A stretch of 51,721 nt of DNA, taken from the NCBI GenBank assembly GCA_017444785.1, contig JAFSVX010000025.1, positions 1 through 51,721 of the forward strand. Direction: 5' to 3'. Made by a program: the position numbers and the translations under genes. A model generated the notes under the pieces. That model was not told the origin of the DNA and searched no databases. It saw nothing but the letters and a program-made list of their open reading frames with translations. This document shows, piece after piece, positions 10,645 through 21,400 of the stretch. Every line of letters begins with the position of its first letter. Within the stretch, counting starts at the first letter, position 1. This DNA comes from Clostridia bacterium. Lineage in GTDB: Bacteria > Bacillota > Clostridia > Christensenellales > UBA1242.

Positions 10645-11210
10645 TGAAATTTAAAAAGTTTTCAATAGTCGCTTCCATTATTGCGGCACTGATTGTGATT
10701 ATGGTTGTGATTTTTGGTTGCCTTAAGGTTAACAATGGGCTTTCAGTCAATGATCCGGACAGCATATTGGTTTACAGTAAGTCAACAATAGCAAATGAGT
10801 ATACAAAAACTGATACGCCAAAAATTTATGGTGAGCTTTTAAATCACTATAAAGAAATGACAAATATGACCGTGTTTGACTATATGCTTTCAAAAAATGA
10901 TATCAATACCAAGCCAACACAGGATCTTGAAAATAAGTATAAAGAGTGGACAAACGTTAACAAGCAAAATGGCTATTGCGTTGAGTTTTTGTATAATGAA
11001 AAACAAACAGTCATTGTTTCAATAGATGGCGATACAAAAGTGATTGAGTTTTACAGCCTTATTATGCAGGTCTCAGAGACTTCTGGCGTGCAAAACATAG
11101 CGCTTTACTTTTCAACCACTATTGGCACAAGCAAGACCTATTCTGACAGTCCTATTGTGGTGGTTGGTAAACATAATCAACTTTTAAATTATGTTAGAAA
11201 CATAAAATAA
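10644..11210 (+). CDS. Hypothetical single-pass membrane protein, translationally coupled to ftsH
   Basis: 188 aa. Its ATG overlaps the ftsH stop (TAATG). It has an N-terminal TM (FSIVASIIAALIVIMVVIFGCL) and no recognisable motif. Confidence 0.6.
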   Translation: MKFKKFSIVASIIAALIVIMVVIFGCLKVNNGLSVNDPDSILVYSKSTIANEYTKTDTPKIYGELLNHYKEMTNMTVFDYMLSKNDINTKPTQDLENKYKEWTNVNKQNGYCVEFLYNEKQTVIVSIDGDTKVIEFYSLIMQVSETSGVQNIALYFSTTIGTSKTYSDSPIVVVGKHNQLLNYVRNIK

Positions 11211-11236
11211 AAAGGGGCGATAGCCTCTTTTTTGTT
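11211..11236 (+). terminator. Rho-independent terminator
   Basis: Stem AGGGGC/GCCTCT with loop GATA, followed by TTTTTTGTT. Confidence 0.6.
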
Positions 11237-11245
11237 GGGGGATAT

Positions 11246-11728
11246 ATGGAAATTATTAAATATGATAGAAAATTCAGCGAAGATGTGAAAGACCTTTTGG
11301 TGGAGCTTCAGGAATATATTGTTTCAATCGATAATTGGCACCTTAATATTATGACTTCGCAGTATCGCAAGCTCTATTTTGAAAAGACAATGAAAGAGTG
11401 CGGAAAAAATCAAGGCGTCATGTTTTTGGCAAAAGAAAATGAGAAGATTGTAGGTATGATTTGTGGGCATCTTTCGGTCTATGACAAGTATGACAGGGCG
11501 GACTATAAATGCCTTAAAAGTGGAATTATTGAAGAATTGATTGTGTCAAAAAATGCAAGAGCCTCTGGTGTTGGCATGGCACTTATGGAGAAGATTGAAA
11601 CCTATTTTAAAGAACTTGGTTGCGAATATTGCCATGTTGATGTTTTTGAGCCAAATGCGATAGGAAGAAAGTTTTATGCAAAAAATGGCTATACAGAAAG
11701 GTTGATAAGTTTGTCAAAAAGAATTTAA
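11246..11728 (+). CDS. GNAT-family N-acetyltransferase
   Basis: 160 aa. The acetyl-CoA-binding-type segment ELIVSKNARASGVGMALM and the C-terminal FYAKNGY are typical of GNATs. Confidence 0.7.
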   Translation: MEIIKYDRKFSEDVKDLLVELQEYIVSIDNWHLNIMTSQYRKLYFEKTMKECGKNQGVMFLAKENEKIVGMICGHLSVYDKYDRADYKCLKSGIIEELIVSKNARASGVGMALMEKIETYFKELGCEYCHVDVFEPNAIGRKFYAKNGYTERLISLSKRI

Positions 11729-11803
11729 AATTTTATTCTCAAAGATATTGAAAAAATCAAAATGATGTATTATAATTTGTTTAATTAGTTAAAGGAGATA
11801 ATT

Positions 11804-12073
11804 ATGACTATAAAAGAACTTTATGATTATTTAGGTGAGTTTATAAAAAAACATCCAAAATGCAAAGATCAAAAAGTTATGGTGAAAAAATTGGATGACG
11901 AAAGTACTTGGGAAGAAGTGACTTCAGTTTCAGATACTGTGGTCGAGTCTTGCCCTGAATATGGATCTCCACTTTATTTTCACTCAAAAACTCAAGAAGA
12001 AGTTACTAAAAAATATTATGAAAAATTAAAAGAAAAAAATGATGAAGACGATGATGATGAGTATTATTTATAA
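11804..12073 (+). CDS. Small acidic hypothetical protein
   Basis: 89 aa with an AAGGAG RBS and an acidic tail NDEDDDDEYYL. A bidirectional terminator follows. Confidence 0.5.
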   Translation: MTIKELYDYLGEFIKKHPKCKDQKVMVKKLDDESTWEEVTSVSDTVVESCPEYGSPLYFHSKTQEEVTKKYYEKLKEKNDEDDDDEYYL

Positions 12074-12104
12074 TCAAAATAATTTATTGTTTTAATAACA
12101 AAGC

Positions 12105-12138
12105 AAAAATGAATGTTAGCAATTAACATTCATTTTTT
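12105..12138. terminator. Bidirectional rho-independent terminator
   Basis: 10-bp stem ATGAATGTTA/TAACATTCAT (12109-12118 / 12124-12133), flanked by an A-run and a T-run, between two convergent genes. Confidence 0.75.
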
Positions 12139-12156
12139 AATTTATCAATTCATCGT

Positions 12157-13254
12157 CTACACATTAAATCTGAAAAGCATCACATCGCCGTCTTGAACGA
12201 CATAGTCTTTGCCTTCAACGCGGACTTTACCTTTCTCTTTTGCCTGAACATAGCCACCACATTCAACAAGTGTTTCATATGGCACAACCTCGGCACGAAT
12301 AAACCCTTTTTCAAAGTCTGTGTGAATTTTGCCCGCCGCCTGAGGAGCTTTGTCCCCTTTATTGATTGTCCAAGCGCGAACCTCTTTTTCGCCGGCAGTA
12401 AGGAAAGATATTTGACCAAGAATCCTGTAACCAATTTTTATAATCCTGTCAAGACCGCTGCAAGGAAGACCAAGATCTTCAAGAAACAGTTGTCTTTCTT
12501 CTTCGTCAAGTTCAGTAAGTTCTTGCTCAACCTTTGCGCTGATGACAAGCACTTCTGAGTTTTCATTCTTTGCATATTCTTTCACACGTCTTACATATTC
12601 AATCTCGTCCTCTGGTTTTCCAAGGTCGCTTTCCGCAATGTTGCAAGCGTAAATTACAGGTTTTGTTGTAAGCAGAAACAGTCCATCTGCAATTGATTTT
12701 TCATCTTTGTTAAGATTTGCAAGACGTGCAGGTTTGCCCTCGTTTAAAAGCACCAAAAGTTTGTCAAGCACTTCAACTTCTGCACGGGCATCTTTGTCGC
12801 CTTGTCTTGATTTTTTCTCTGCTTTTTCAAGTCTTGCATTCACACTTTCAAGGTCTGCAAGCGAAAGCTCTATGTTGATTGTTTCAATGTCGCGAATAGG
12901 ATCAATAGTGCCATCAACATGGGTTATATTCGGATCGTCAAAACAACGAACAACGTGAACGATTGCTTCACACTCACGAATGTTTGCAAGAAATTTATTT
13001 CCAAGCCCTTCACCACGAGATGCCCCTTTAACAAGCCCTGCGATATCCACAAATTTAAGTGCTGCATGTGTGATTTTCTTTGTATTATATAATTTGCCAA
13101 GAACATCAAGTCTCTCGTCTGGCACGGCAACCACGCCTACATTTGGTTCTATTGTGCAAAATGGATAGTTTGCACTTTCTGCCCCTGCTTTTGTGATTGC
13201 ATTAAATAGTGTACTTTTTCCTACATTTGGAAGTCCAACAACGCCAAGTTCCAT
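12157..13254 (-). CDS. ychF: Ribosome-binding ATPase YchF
   Basis: G1 motif GLPNVGKST, a TGS-like C-terminus and the ending LFRFNV. The start is set at MELGVVG (13254), which has an AAGGAG 6 nt upstream; the longer track ORF lacks an RBS. Confidence 0.95.
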   Translation of the reverse strand: MELGVVGLPNVGKSTLFNAITKAGAESANYPFCTIEPNVGVVAVPDERLDVLGKLYNTKKITHAALKFVDIAGLVKGASRGEGLGNKFLANIRECEAIVHVVRCFDDPNITHVDGTIDPIRDIETINIELSLADLESVNARLEKAEKKSRQGDKDARAEVEVLDKLLVLLNEGKPARLANLNKDEKSIADGLFLLTTKPVIYACNIAESDLGKPEDEIEYVRRVKEYAKNENSEVLVISAKVEQELTELDEEERQLFLEDLGLPCSGLDRIIKIGYRILGQISFLTAGEKEVRAWTINKGDKAPQAAGKIHTDFEKGFIRAEVVPYETLVECGGYVQAKEKGKVRVEGKDYVVQDGDVMLFRFNV

Positions 13255-13358
13255 ATTTTTCTCCTTTACGAACATATTATACACAACTTTTTTAAAAAAA
13301 TAAAGTCTTTTTGATATTAAATATCTTCAGTTGGCATAAAATTGTTTAAGAGGGTTTT

Positions 13359-14141
13359 ATGACATTTATCTATGCAATCATCTTAGGGATTTTGCAAGGG
13401 CTTACCGAGTTTCTGCCGGTGTCATCAAGTGGACATCTTATTTTGTTTGAAAGTATTTTTGGTATTTCTGAAAATAACATGTTTTTCAATATTGTTGTGC
13501 ATGTCGCCACGCTTGTTGCTGTTGTTATCATCTTTTGGAAAGATGTTGTGGGTATCATCAAACACCCTTTTGGAAAAGATATGCAATTTATTGTTTTGGC
13601 GACAATACCAACAATTGCGATCGCACTTATCACCAATCATTTTATTGATGATTTTGCCATGAAAACCTTTCTTGGATTCGGATTTTTGATCTCTGCTGTT
13701 ATAACAGGAGTAACTGCTATTTTGCAGAAAAGGAAACATTTGTTTAATGGTGATGTCACATATGGAAAATCCTTCATTATCGGTGTTGTTCAGGGATTGG
13801 CAGTGATGCCGGGAATAAGCAGATCGGGAAGCACAATTTGTGCGGGATTACTTCAAGGTGTAAGGCGTGAAAAAAGTGCGTCATTTAGCTTTTTGATAAG
13901 TATTCCTGTCATTCTTGGAGGTATGGTTTTTGAGCTTGCTGATGGCATAAAAAATGGTTTTGGAGCTGTTGATTTTGTTTCTTGCTCACTTGGTTTTATT
14001 TTCGCATTTATAACCGCACTTTTCACAATAAAACTTATGATGAGATTCGTTAAAAAGGGGAATTGGATTTGGTTTTCACTTTATCTTTTTGCACTTTCTA
14101 TAATAGTTCTTTTAAATCAATTTGTCTTTGCTTGGTTTTGA
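13359..14141 (+). CDS. uppP: Undecaprenyl-diphosphate phosphatase
   Basis: Signature LQGLTEFLPVSSSGHL, a second motif PGISRSGSTI and a polytopic membrane protein. Confidence 0.9.
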   Translation: MTFIYAIILGILQGLTEFLPVSSSGHLILFESIFGISENNMFFNIVVHVATLVAVVIIFWKDVVGIIKHPFGKDMQFIVLATIPTIAIALITNHFIDDFAMKTFLGFGFLISAVITGVTAILQKRKHLFNGDVTYGKSFIIGVVQGLAVMPGISRSGSTICAGLLQGVRREKSASFSFLISIPVILGGMVFELADGIKNGFGAVDFVSCSLGFIFAFITALFTIKLMMRFVKKGNWIWFSLYLFALSIIVLLNQFVFAWF

Positions 14142-14249
14142 TAAAAAATAAAAAATTTAAAAAAATCTCAATAAATTCACTATTGACAATAAGGGATTTG
14201 TGTATTATAATAGTCTAACTTTTCAATAAAATAGTTTAGGAGAAAAATT

Positions 14250-15740
14250 ATGAATAAATATACAATACCAAACTTGTTCAAATTTAAAAAACATAAAAAA
14301 ATAAGTGCCACATTGGCAGCTGTAGAATACAGAAATAAAAATAAAGGTTATGCTATTGTTGTTGGTGAGTGCTTTGTTGATACAGGAAAAATTCTTGCTG
14401 ACAATTTGGACTATATTTCAGGGGTTAACAAAGATAAGTTTTTTGCAGAAAAACAGGACGGATCTTTGGTTATAGCTGACTTTTATAGTGGAGATTGCAA
14501 AGAAATTAAAATTGCAAAAGATCCAAATGAAATCAATGAAAATGATGGATATGTTGGATTTAAAGTGCCAGAAGGATACTTAATCAAAGATAAAGAGCAT
14601 GACTTAACTTATATAATCTATGCAAATAAGGAAAATGGAAAATTCACAGATAAAAGTTTTATTTCTGAGGGATATAACCATATTTCTGTTGTAAATAACG
14701 AAAATGGGCTTAGAAGAGTTGTTCCGGCCAGACTGCATGATAATGGTTTCCTTGTTTTTGAAGATAATACAGAAAATCTTTATCACTATATTGATAAAGA
14801 AGGTAAGAGGACATCAATTGATATAATCAGTGAGGAAAAAATTGATGAAAATGATAATAGAATCATCTATGGCCTTGATAAAAATAATGAATCTGCCAAA
14901 TACTTTATCGCTGGTAAAGATTATGAGACAAAGACAATTGGCTATGATAAAATAGAGGCAATTGCTGATAAATATATCGTAACAAATTATGAAACAAAAA
15001 AGAACAATCTTGGACTTAACGCAAAAGTTCAATGCAGTAAAATAATTGATAAAGATGGTCATAATTTGACAGCAATTTTCAGCAATTATTATATGCTTTC
15101 AAATGGCGACTTTTTAATTCGTCCACAGGGCATGAATAACTTTAAGCTTATTGATTGGGTTTCATTTAAAGTTAAAGAGAGTGATATTAAAAATCCTGTC
15201 GTTTCTGAGAAATTTGATATCTTCTTTGCAAAACAAAAAGGCGTTCCAACACTGTTTGGTAACGGCACCAAAACCACAACAAACCTTGATCAGAATGTTG
15301 CAATCGCTGTTATAAATAAATTAAATAACAAGAAGATATCTGCATCAATAATTGATAAGATTATAAATGATCAGATTGATGTTGAACCAACACTTGATAC
15401 TTTTGCTGATATGCTCCACTTTAACACAATGACTCGTCCAGAAGATGCTGATTTCAGAAAATCTTGCGAGAAAATTGTTAAGGACGTAAGAAGAGCACTT
15501 TATACATCATCTTCAAAAAGAATAAAGAAATATAATAGACAGTTAAAAGATATTAAAAAAGTAAACGAATTAACTGAAAAATTCAAGGTTGCTCTTGGTC
15601 AAAGCAAATATGTAAGAAAAAGAAAGCCTGCTGAAGATAAGACTGTTAAATCTTACACACAAAAAGAAATGGATTTATCTGAAATTGATGGTTATAAACA
15701 ACTTGAAATTGACCTTTCAGATGAAGGATTAAACAAGTAA
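14250..15740 (+). CDS. Hypothetical protein (496 aa)
   Basis: Strong RBS (AGGAGA) and a long ORF with no antisense competitor. There are only weak WG-repeat-like motifs (YHYIDKEGK) and a basic C-terminal third. Confidence 0.6.
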   Translation: MNKYTIPNLFKFKKHKKISATLAAVEYRNKNKGYAIVVGECFVDTGKILADNLDYISGVNKDKFFAEKQDGSLVIADFYSGDCKEIKIAKDPNEINENDGYVGFKVPEGYLIKDKEHDLTYIIYANKENGKFTDKSFISEGYNHISVVNNENGLRRVVPARLHDNGFLVFEDNTENLYHYIDKEGKRTSIDIISEEKIDENDNRIIYGLDKNNESAKYFIAGKDYETKTIGYDKIEAIADKYIVTNYETKKNNLGLNAKVQCSKIIDKDGHNLTAIFSNYYMLSNGDFLIRPQGMNNFKLIDWVSFKVKESDIKNPVVSEKFDIFFAKQKGVPTLFGNGTKTTTNLDQNVAIAVINKLNNKKISASIIDKIINDQIDVEPTLDTFADMLHFNTMTRPEDADFRKSCEKIVKDVRRALYTSSSKRIKKYNRQLKDIKKVNELTEKFKVALGQSKYVRKRKPAEDKTVKSYTQKEMDLSEIDGYKQLEIDLSDEGLNK

Positions 15741-15810
15741 TTTAAAGCATAAAAATAAAAGAATAAAAATGCATAACAAAAATAAATAATGATAATCAAT
15801 AATGATAATA

Positions 15811-15846
15811 AAAAATCCGCTGACTGATGCCAGTGGATTTTTTGTT
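15811..15846. terminator. Bidirectional terminator
   Basis: AAAAAATCCGCTG-loop-CAGTGGATTTTTT hairpin (one G-T pair) between two convergent ORFs. Confidence 0.65.
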
Positions 15847-15851
15847 TACTC

Positions 15852-15953
15852 TTAGTGACAATCGCGCGTTGAACAGTTGCTTGTTTCACCAGAGTTTCTT
15901 GTGCAATTTCTTGTTTTTTGAGATTTGCACTTTTTGCTTTCGCGTTTACTCAT
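15852..15953 (-). CDS. Unannotated small basic Cys/Ser/Thr-rich ORF (33 aa)
   Basis: Hand translation gives MSKRESKKCKSQKTRNCTRNSGETSNCSTRDCH. An AAAGGAGA RBS lies 7 nt upstream of the ATG and a terminator follows immediately. The ORF is below the track size cutoff. Confidence 0.4.
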   Translation of the reverse strand: MSKRESKKCKSQKTRNCTRNSGETSNCSTRDCH

Positions 15954-16022
15954 ACCGTACTCTCCTTTTAAGTGTACTGCTAGTAGTATGAGTAATTTTT
16001 TGTAAATTATGCACAACTAGAA

Positions 16023-17759
16023 TTATTTTTGTCCAACAGTCTTGCTGAATGGTGTATCGACAGAGATGCTTGACAAAGATTTTTCCTTGTCAGAAGGCAT
16101 TTCGCTGATATTTCCATTTTCGATCATAAAATGTCTTGTTATGATGTCGTCAATAGGATTGCTTGCCGAGAAAATCAGAATAGTATGACGACTTTTAAGG
16201 TTTTCAATAATATTTTTTACTTGTTTGATTTCTTTATTTGAAAGGCCTATTGGAAATTCATAGATCATAAATATTTCACATTTTGTGAGTAGTGTTCTTG
16301 CAATTCCAAGCAAAAACTTTTGTCCGTCAGTGAGGGCTGAAGGGTTGAGGCTTAAGTTGGTGTTATATCCTTCTGGAAGTGCCATGATAGTATCATGAAT
16401 TCCAACCTTTTTGCATGCTTCATAGATATGTTTTTTATTTGGATTTATAAGCCTTAAATTTTCCATAATTGTATCAATATAAAAGTAAGGTTTGCTTGTT
16501 GTATAACTGATATTTTGTTTATATGTGTCAGAATCAAAATCATAGATATTGACAGCGTCCAAGGTTATTGTTCCACTGTCTGGGCGAATGGCACGCCTGA
16601 GCATATAGAAAATGGATCTTTTACCACAATTTCGTTGTCCTTCAAAAAGGACTATTTCACCTTTTTGGATCTGAGTATTGAATGTTTTTATTGTGTTTAT
16701 TGATTTATCTATTTTATCTTTTGCCTTGTATTCTACGTTAGTAAACGTAAGGGCTCCGGTGATTTTATTTATGCTGTTTTTACCAAAATTGACTATGTCT
16801 TTTTCGCTCATGTCAAGCAGAGTTTTTACCCTGAGTGCAGAAATATTCGCGGTTTCGAGGTTGTCGATAAGTCCAAAAAAGTCGACAAATTTTGTTATTG
16901 CTGACGTAAGATAAGGCGTCAGCACAAAATAGAGTGTCAGTGTCAAACTGTTGTCTGAAACAAGCTTTACAATATAGATTGTGGCAAGCAAAATTATAAA
17001 CGTATAAAGCACATAAACCCAGTTGTCGCGAATAGATTTAAGGATATTACGTTTTTTATACTTTTTTACAATGGTGCCAATACGGCCAAAGTATTTATCA
17101 TGCAATTTTTCTTTCAGGTTCATATCGTTTGACATATCCCTGCTGTCAATCATGTCTGCAAAAGACTCGGTCAATTTATCACGTTCATCATATATTGTGT
17201 TGCTAAGTTTCGCTATTCCATGGTTAAGTGCGTTCATGATGAAAAACACAAGCAGGGCTATGCTGAAAATTAAAATTCCAATCAGCCAATTTGTTGAAAA
17301 GATGATTACAAGAGTGATGATTGCTTGGATAAGATAAGCGCTTTTAAAAGCGGTATAGTCGCAAAAATCTGATAGTGTTGTTATGTTGTTGGTGATTGTG
17401 TTGATGATTTTTTCTTTTGATGTATACTTAAAACTTGCGTCTGAAGCATTGAATATTTTATTAAACAATTTTTCTTGAATTGATGGATATACGTGCCTGA
17501 GTTGTTTGATGTCAAGCAGATATTGGAAGTGCCAAGACAAACTGCCAAGAAGGGTGAGGGCAAAAGTGATACAAAGATAGGTGATTGCACCTTTATAATC
17601 TGCGACTGTCATACATGTGATTACTTTTGCAGTTGGGATTGCAGCGATAACGGTGCAGGCAGAAGGTATCATTGATGTAAGCCATTGCAAAAACCATATG
17701 GTTTTGTTTGGTTTTGTAACGGTATACCAATTTTTAAATGATTGTCTTAATTTTCCCAT
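16023..17759 (-). CDS. Orphan ABC half-transporter with degenerate nucleotide-binding motifs
   Basis: TM-rich N-half. Walker A is GQRNCGKRS (R replaces S/T), the signature is LTDGQKF (not LSGGQ) and Walker B is IFMIYEF (Y replaces D). The start is set at MGKLRQ (17759), which has an AAAGGAA RBS; the track start is a TTG lying inside the -10 box. Confidence 0.8.
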   Translation of the reverse strand: MGKLRQSFKNWYTVTKPNKTIWFLQWLTSMIPSACTVIAAIPTAKVITCMTVADYKGAITYLCITFALTLLGSLSWHFQYLLDIKQLRHVYPSIQEKLFNKIFNASDASFKYTSKEKIINTITNNITTLSDFCDYTAFKSAYLIQAIITLVIIFSTNWLIGILIFSIALLVFFIMNALNHGIAKLSNTIYDERDKLTESFADMIDSRDMSNDMNLKEKLHDKYFGRIGTIVKKYKKRNILKSIRDNWVYVLYTFIILLATIYIVKLVSDNSLTLTLYFVLTPYLTSAITKFVDFFGLIDNLETANISALRVKTLLDMSEKDIVNFGKNSINKITGALTFTNVEYKAKDKIDKSINTIKTFNTQIQKGEIVLFEGQRNCGKRSIFYMLRRAIRPDSGTITLDAVNIYDFDSDTYKQNISYTTSKPYFYIDTIMENLRLINPNKKHIYEACKKVGIHDTIMALPEGYNTNLSLNPSALTDGQKFLLGIARTLLTKCEIFMIYEFPIGLSNKEIKQVKNIIENLKSRHTILIFSASNPIDDIITRHFMIENGNISEMPSDKEKSLSSISVDTPFSKTVGQK

Positions 17760-17780
17760 AAAGTGTTTCCTTTTGTTAGT

Positions 17781-17808
17781 ATTATACAAATTAAATATTT
17801 TATTTCAA
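17781..17808 (-). promoter_or_regulatory. Putative sigmaA promoter of the orphan ABC gene
   Basis: On the minus strand: TTGAAA, 16-nt spacer, TATAAT, with a TG extended -10 element. Confidence 0.5.
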
Positions 17809-17933
17809 AACGCTTTTGTAATTTTTTTACAAAAATTTTATAAAAATTGCCAAATTAGGCATTTTTGACTTGAATTGGTTATAATATTATGCTATAATAT
17901 TATAAATATTGAGTAAACAAGTGAGAAATTATT

Positions 17934-18413
17934 ATGGAAAACAAACAACCTGTTATTGATCAAAAATGGGATTACAGATTTATGGATATGGCAAAGACGG
18001 TTGCCTCTTGGAGCAGTTGTGTAAGAAATGGCAGACATGTCGGCGCGGTTATCGTGAAAAATAAAAGAATACTTACAACCGGCTATAACGGGGCGCCAAT
18101 TGGTGTGCTTAATTGTCGTGATAAAGGTTATTGTATGCGCGATAAACTTAACATTCCAAGCGGGACAAGAGCTGAAATGTGCTATGCTATCCATGCAGAG
18201 CAAAATGCAATTATTCAAGCCGCAAGAATGGGCGTGAGTGTTGAGGGTGCAACAATTTATGTCACTCATCAGCCTTGCAGTGTCTGCACAAGAATCATAA
18301 TCAATGCGGGAATTAAAAGGGTTGTTTATGAAGTTCCTTATCCAGATGATTTCTCTGCTAAGCTTTGGGAAGAATCTGGACTTGAAGTTATCAAATTACC
18401 GGAGAAAGTTTAA
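17934..18413 (+). CDS. comEB: dCMP deaminase (ComEB-type)
   Basis: Zinc motifs HAEQNAI and PCSVCTRII, 159 aa. Confidence 0.85.
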   Translation: MENKQPVIDQKWDYRFMDMAKTVASWSSCVRNGRHVGAVIVKNKRILTTGYNGAPIGVLNCRDKGYCMRDKLNIPSGTRAEMCYAIHAEQNAIIQAARMGVSVEGATIYVTHQPCSVCTRIIINAGIKRVVYEVPYPDDFSAKLWEESGLEVIKLPEKV

Positions 18414-18422
18414 AGTTAAAAT

Positions 18423-21400
18423 ATGAAAAAGTTTTTTTCTTATCTTTTGACATTTGCTGTGTTATTTGTTATGGCTGCCACTGGTACCATATTTTTATCA
18501 ATCACAGATGGTGATAATGGCAGTGTTCCGGTAAATGTCGATGTCGAGGGAGCCCAGGAAGCTTCGTTTTTCTCGGGCTTGCTTGCTACTTTTGAAGAAA
18601 ACAAACAATTCAATGTCAGCGGTGATGTCTTGGTGGAATATCAAGAAACACAAATTCCTTTGTATATTTATGCTAACATTGATATTGCTGATGAAAAGAA
18701 TATTAAAGTTGATGGATTTTTAACTATTGAACTTAAGGAAGGGAAGGTTTCTGTTGCCTTCAGTTTTTATAATGAAATAATCTATGTTTCGTTTAAGGAT
18801 TTTAACCTTAAGGTCGCGTTAAGTGATATTGAAAATCTTAAGGATTCTGTTTCAGAGATTTTCGGCATGCTTGACTTAAACCTTGAAGATATGCCATTGG
18901 CTCTGCCTGCGTTTAATATCGACATGAGCAGTCTTATGATGTCGCTTAATAATGTGGTATCTGAAACGCTCAGAAATGGTGATGTCAAAAATACTATCAC
19001 AATTGACAATCTTGCAGTTGCAGACATCATTGTTTCTGCTGATAATAAAATAAAATCAGTAAAATTGTCTACTGAAGAAATCATGGGTATTAAAATTTCT
19101 GCCGAGCTTGGCGTGAGATTTTCTGATAACATTTTGATTTCAAATCCAGAAAACAATGATATGAGAAGTTATATTGACATTGTCAACCTTTTGGATTTTG
19201 CAAAGAATTTAATAAATTTAAACAAATTTGATTTAAGCTTCACCCTTGATGTTCAAAGTTCACTTTTAAGCGGATATATAAGTTCAACGCTTCGTGCAGA
19301 TGTTGAAAACCACGAGGTTGAGTGGCATGTGTATGATACAAGTTTAAATCAATTTGAAAAAGCAAATGTTGTGTTTAAAGAGGGCAATTTATATTTAAAC
19401 GTTGATGATGTCTATGTTTGTATTTCAAAAGATGCACTTTCTCGCACCCCTGAACTTGTAAAATTGATTTATCAAAATTATTTTAAAGATTTTTCACTGC
19501 AAAACGTTTTGTCAAATTATAAGTTTGATTTATCAATAGTATTTGACATTTTAAACAATATTGAAAAGGCAAGATTTGATGAGAGTGGCTGTTTTATAAA
19601 ATATGGCGAAAATGTCATAGAAATCAAAATTCAAGACAATATGTTGTCAGAAGTTAATTTGTCAGTCAGTGCGTTTGACAGTAAAATCAATTTAAATGCA
19701 TATATTGATAAAACCCAAAAATCCGTTGAGATTGAAGATGCTGAAAAATATCTTAATGTTTACAGTTTGTATGAAAACGGAAAAGAGTTTATTGCTCCAC
19801 TTAAGTTTGACTTGTCAATGAATTCAAATGTAAAAATTGCAGGTAAGACCTATAAGGTTTCTGCTGATGCGCTTTTTGATGTCAATAACAAATATTTGCA
19901 CCTTACAGGGCTTACAACATTAAATAAAAAATATAATTTTGATATTATTTATAAAGATGATATAGCCTTTGTCAATATCAATAATACCTTTATCAAATGT
20001 GACAAGTCAAGATTGTTTGATTTGCTTAATATGTATGACATTGATATTGAAAAACAGTCTGAGGAAACTATTGATGACTTTATAACTGAGAGTGTTGAAA
20101 AATATTCAAACTATTCTCTTGATGACTTTATTTCAAAACTTGATAGTTTGAGAAAAATTGAAATCAGCGCAGATAAAATTGTGATTTCTCTTGATCTTTC
20201 TAAGTTTGATATTGATGCAAGAGGCGTTGCAACCATTTCAATTGAAAACAATATGATTTCAGTTGTCAAGATTGAGGACTTTGATTTTGCTGGAAAGTAT
20301 TTTGGCGATATCGAAATCAAAGTCAATTCAAATGAGTTTGAAGAAGAGAATTTTGATGATACGAAATATTTTGATATATTCGCAGTCTATGATGATGTGT
20401 TTAACATTGCAAAACTTGATGAGGCGACTTACTATACTGATGTCAAAGTCAATTATCAAGAAAAAGCAATTGGAACTTACTTTAAGTTTGCCTATAACAA
20501 TACAAATAAATATGTTGATTTAAACGGCAGACTGACAATTGATAACGAACGCAGAAATTTTGATATAAGATATTATGACGATGAGTTGTTCGTAAATGTT
20601 GACGATATCTATGTCAAGGTAAATAGGACAGATATTGAAAAAATAGCCGCTTTGCTTAAAGGATATTTTGATTTTGGACAAATTGATACTGATGAACTTG
20701 CGCAAAACTTAAGCCAGCTTCATATTATTGAGAAATTTAGGGCTTTTGCTGACAACCTTTCAATAAACAGTCTTAATGCAGTAAGAAATGTAGTCATCAA
20801 TAATAATTGTGTTAAAATTACGGTAAACGGTGATGTTGTTGGGCTTGAAAAAGACGTATTCTTGATTATCAATCTTAACAATAATGCTGTGAAAGATGTT
20901 GAAATTATCAATTTACAACTTACTGAAGATATAAATATTTCATTTAAAATAGCGCTTTACAGAAATAAAGTCAAGACTGAAAAAGTTGAAGAAGAAAAAT
21001 ACCTTGATATCTTTGGCATGATTGATGACCTCTTTGCATTGAAAGACTTACGCGAGGCAAGCATTACCCTTGATGCAGATGTTGAATATGCCGGCAACGA
21101 ATATGGCGCAAACATTGCAGGTTCATTTAATCTTGATACAAATTATTATAACCTTGCAGGTCTTGTGAATTATAAGGGAAATAACATAGATCTTGCGCTT
21201 TCATATTATAATGATGAGGCGTACATCAAATTTAATGATATTTTCGTGAAAGCCAATAAAGAAAATATTGATAAGATTATCGCATTGATCTCACAAAATG
21301 TTACTATTGATCCGATTGATAAAACGGAGATTCTTGAAAAAGTATTCTCACTGAAATTATTTAGGACAATTGAAGCGGTAATTGAAAACTTTAAATACGA

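Noticed and set aside
11246-12073. GNAT plus small acidic protein as a GNAT-toxin/antitoxin pair
   Set aside because: The small gene is downstream, separated by 75 nt, lacks an RHH or HTH DNA-binding motif and has its own RBS. The architecture does not fit TacAT/AtaRT-type modules.
17892-18269. 125-aa minus-strand ORF overlapping the dCMP deaminase gene
   Set aside because: The plus-strand frame has the HAEQNAI and PCSVC zinc motifs, whereas the antisense frame has none.
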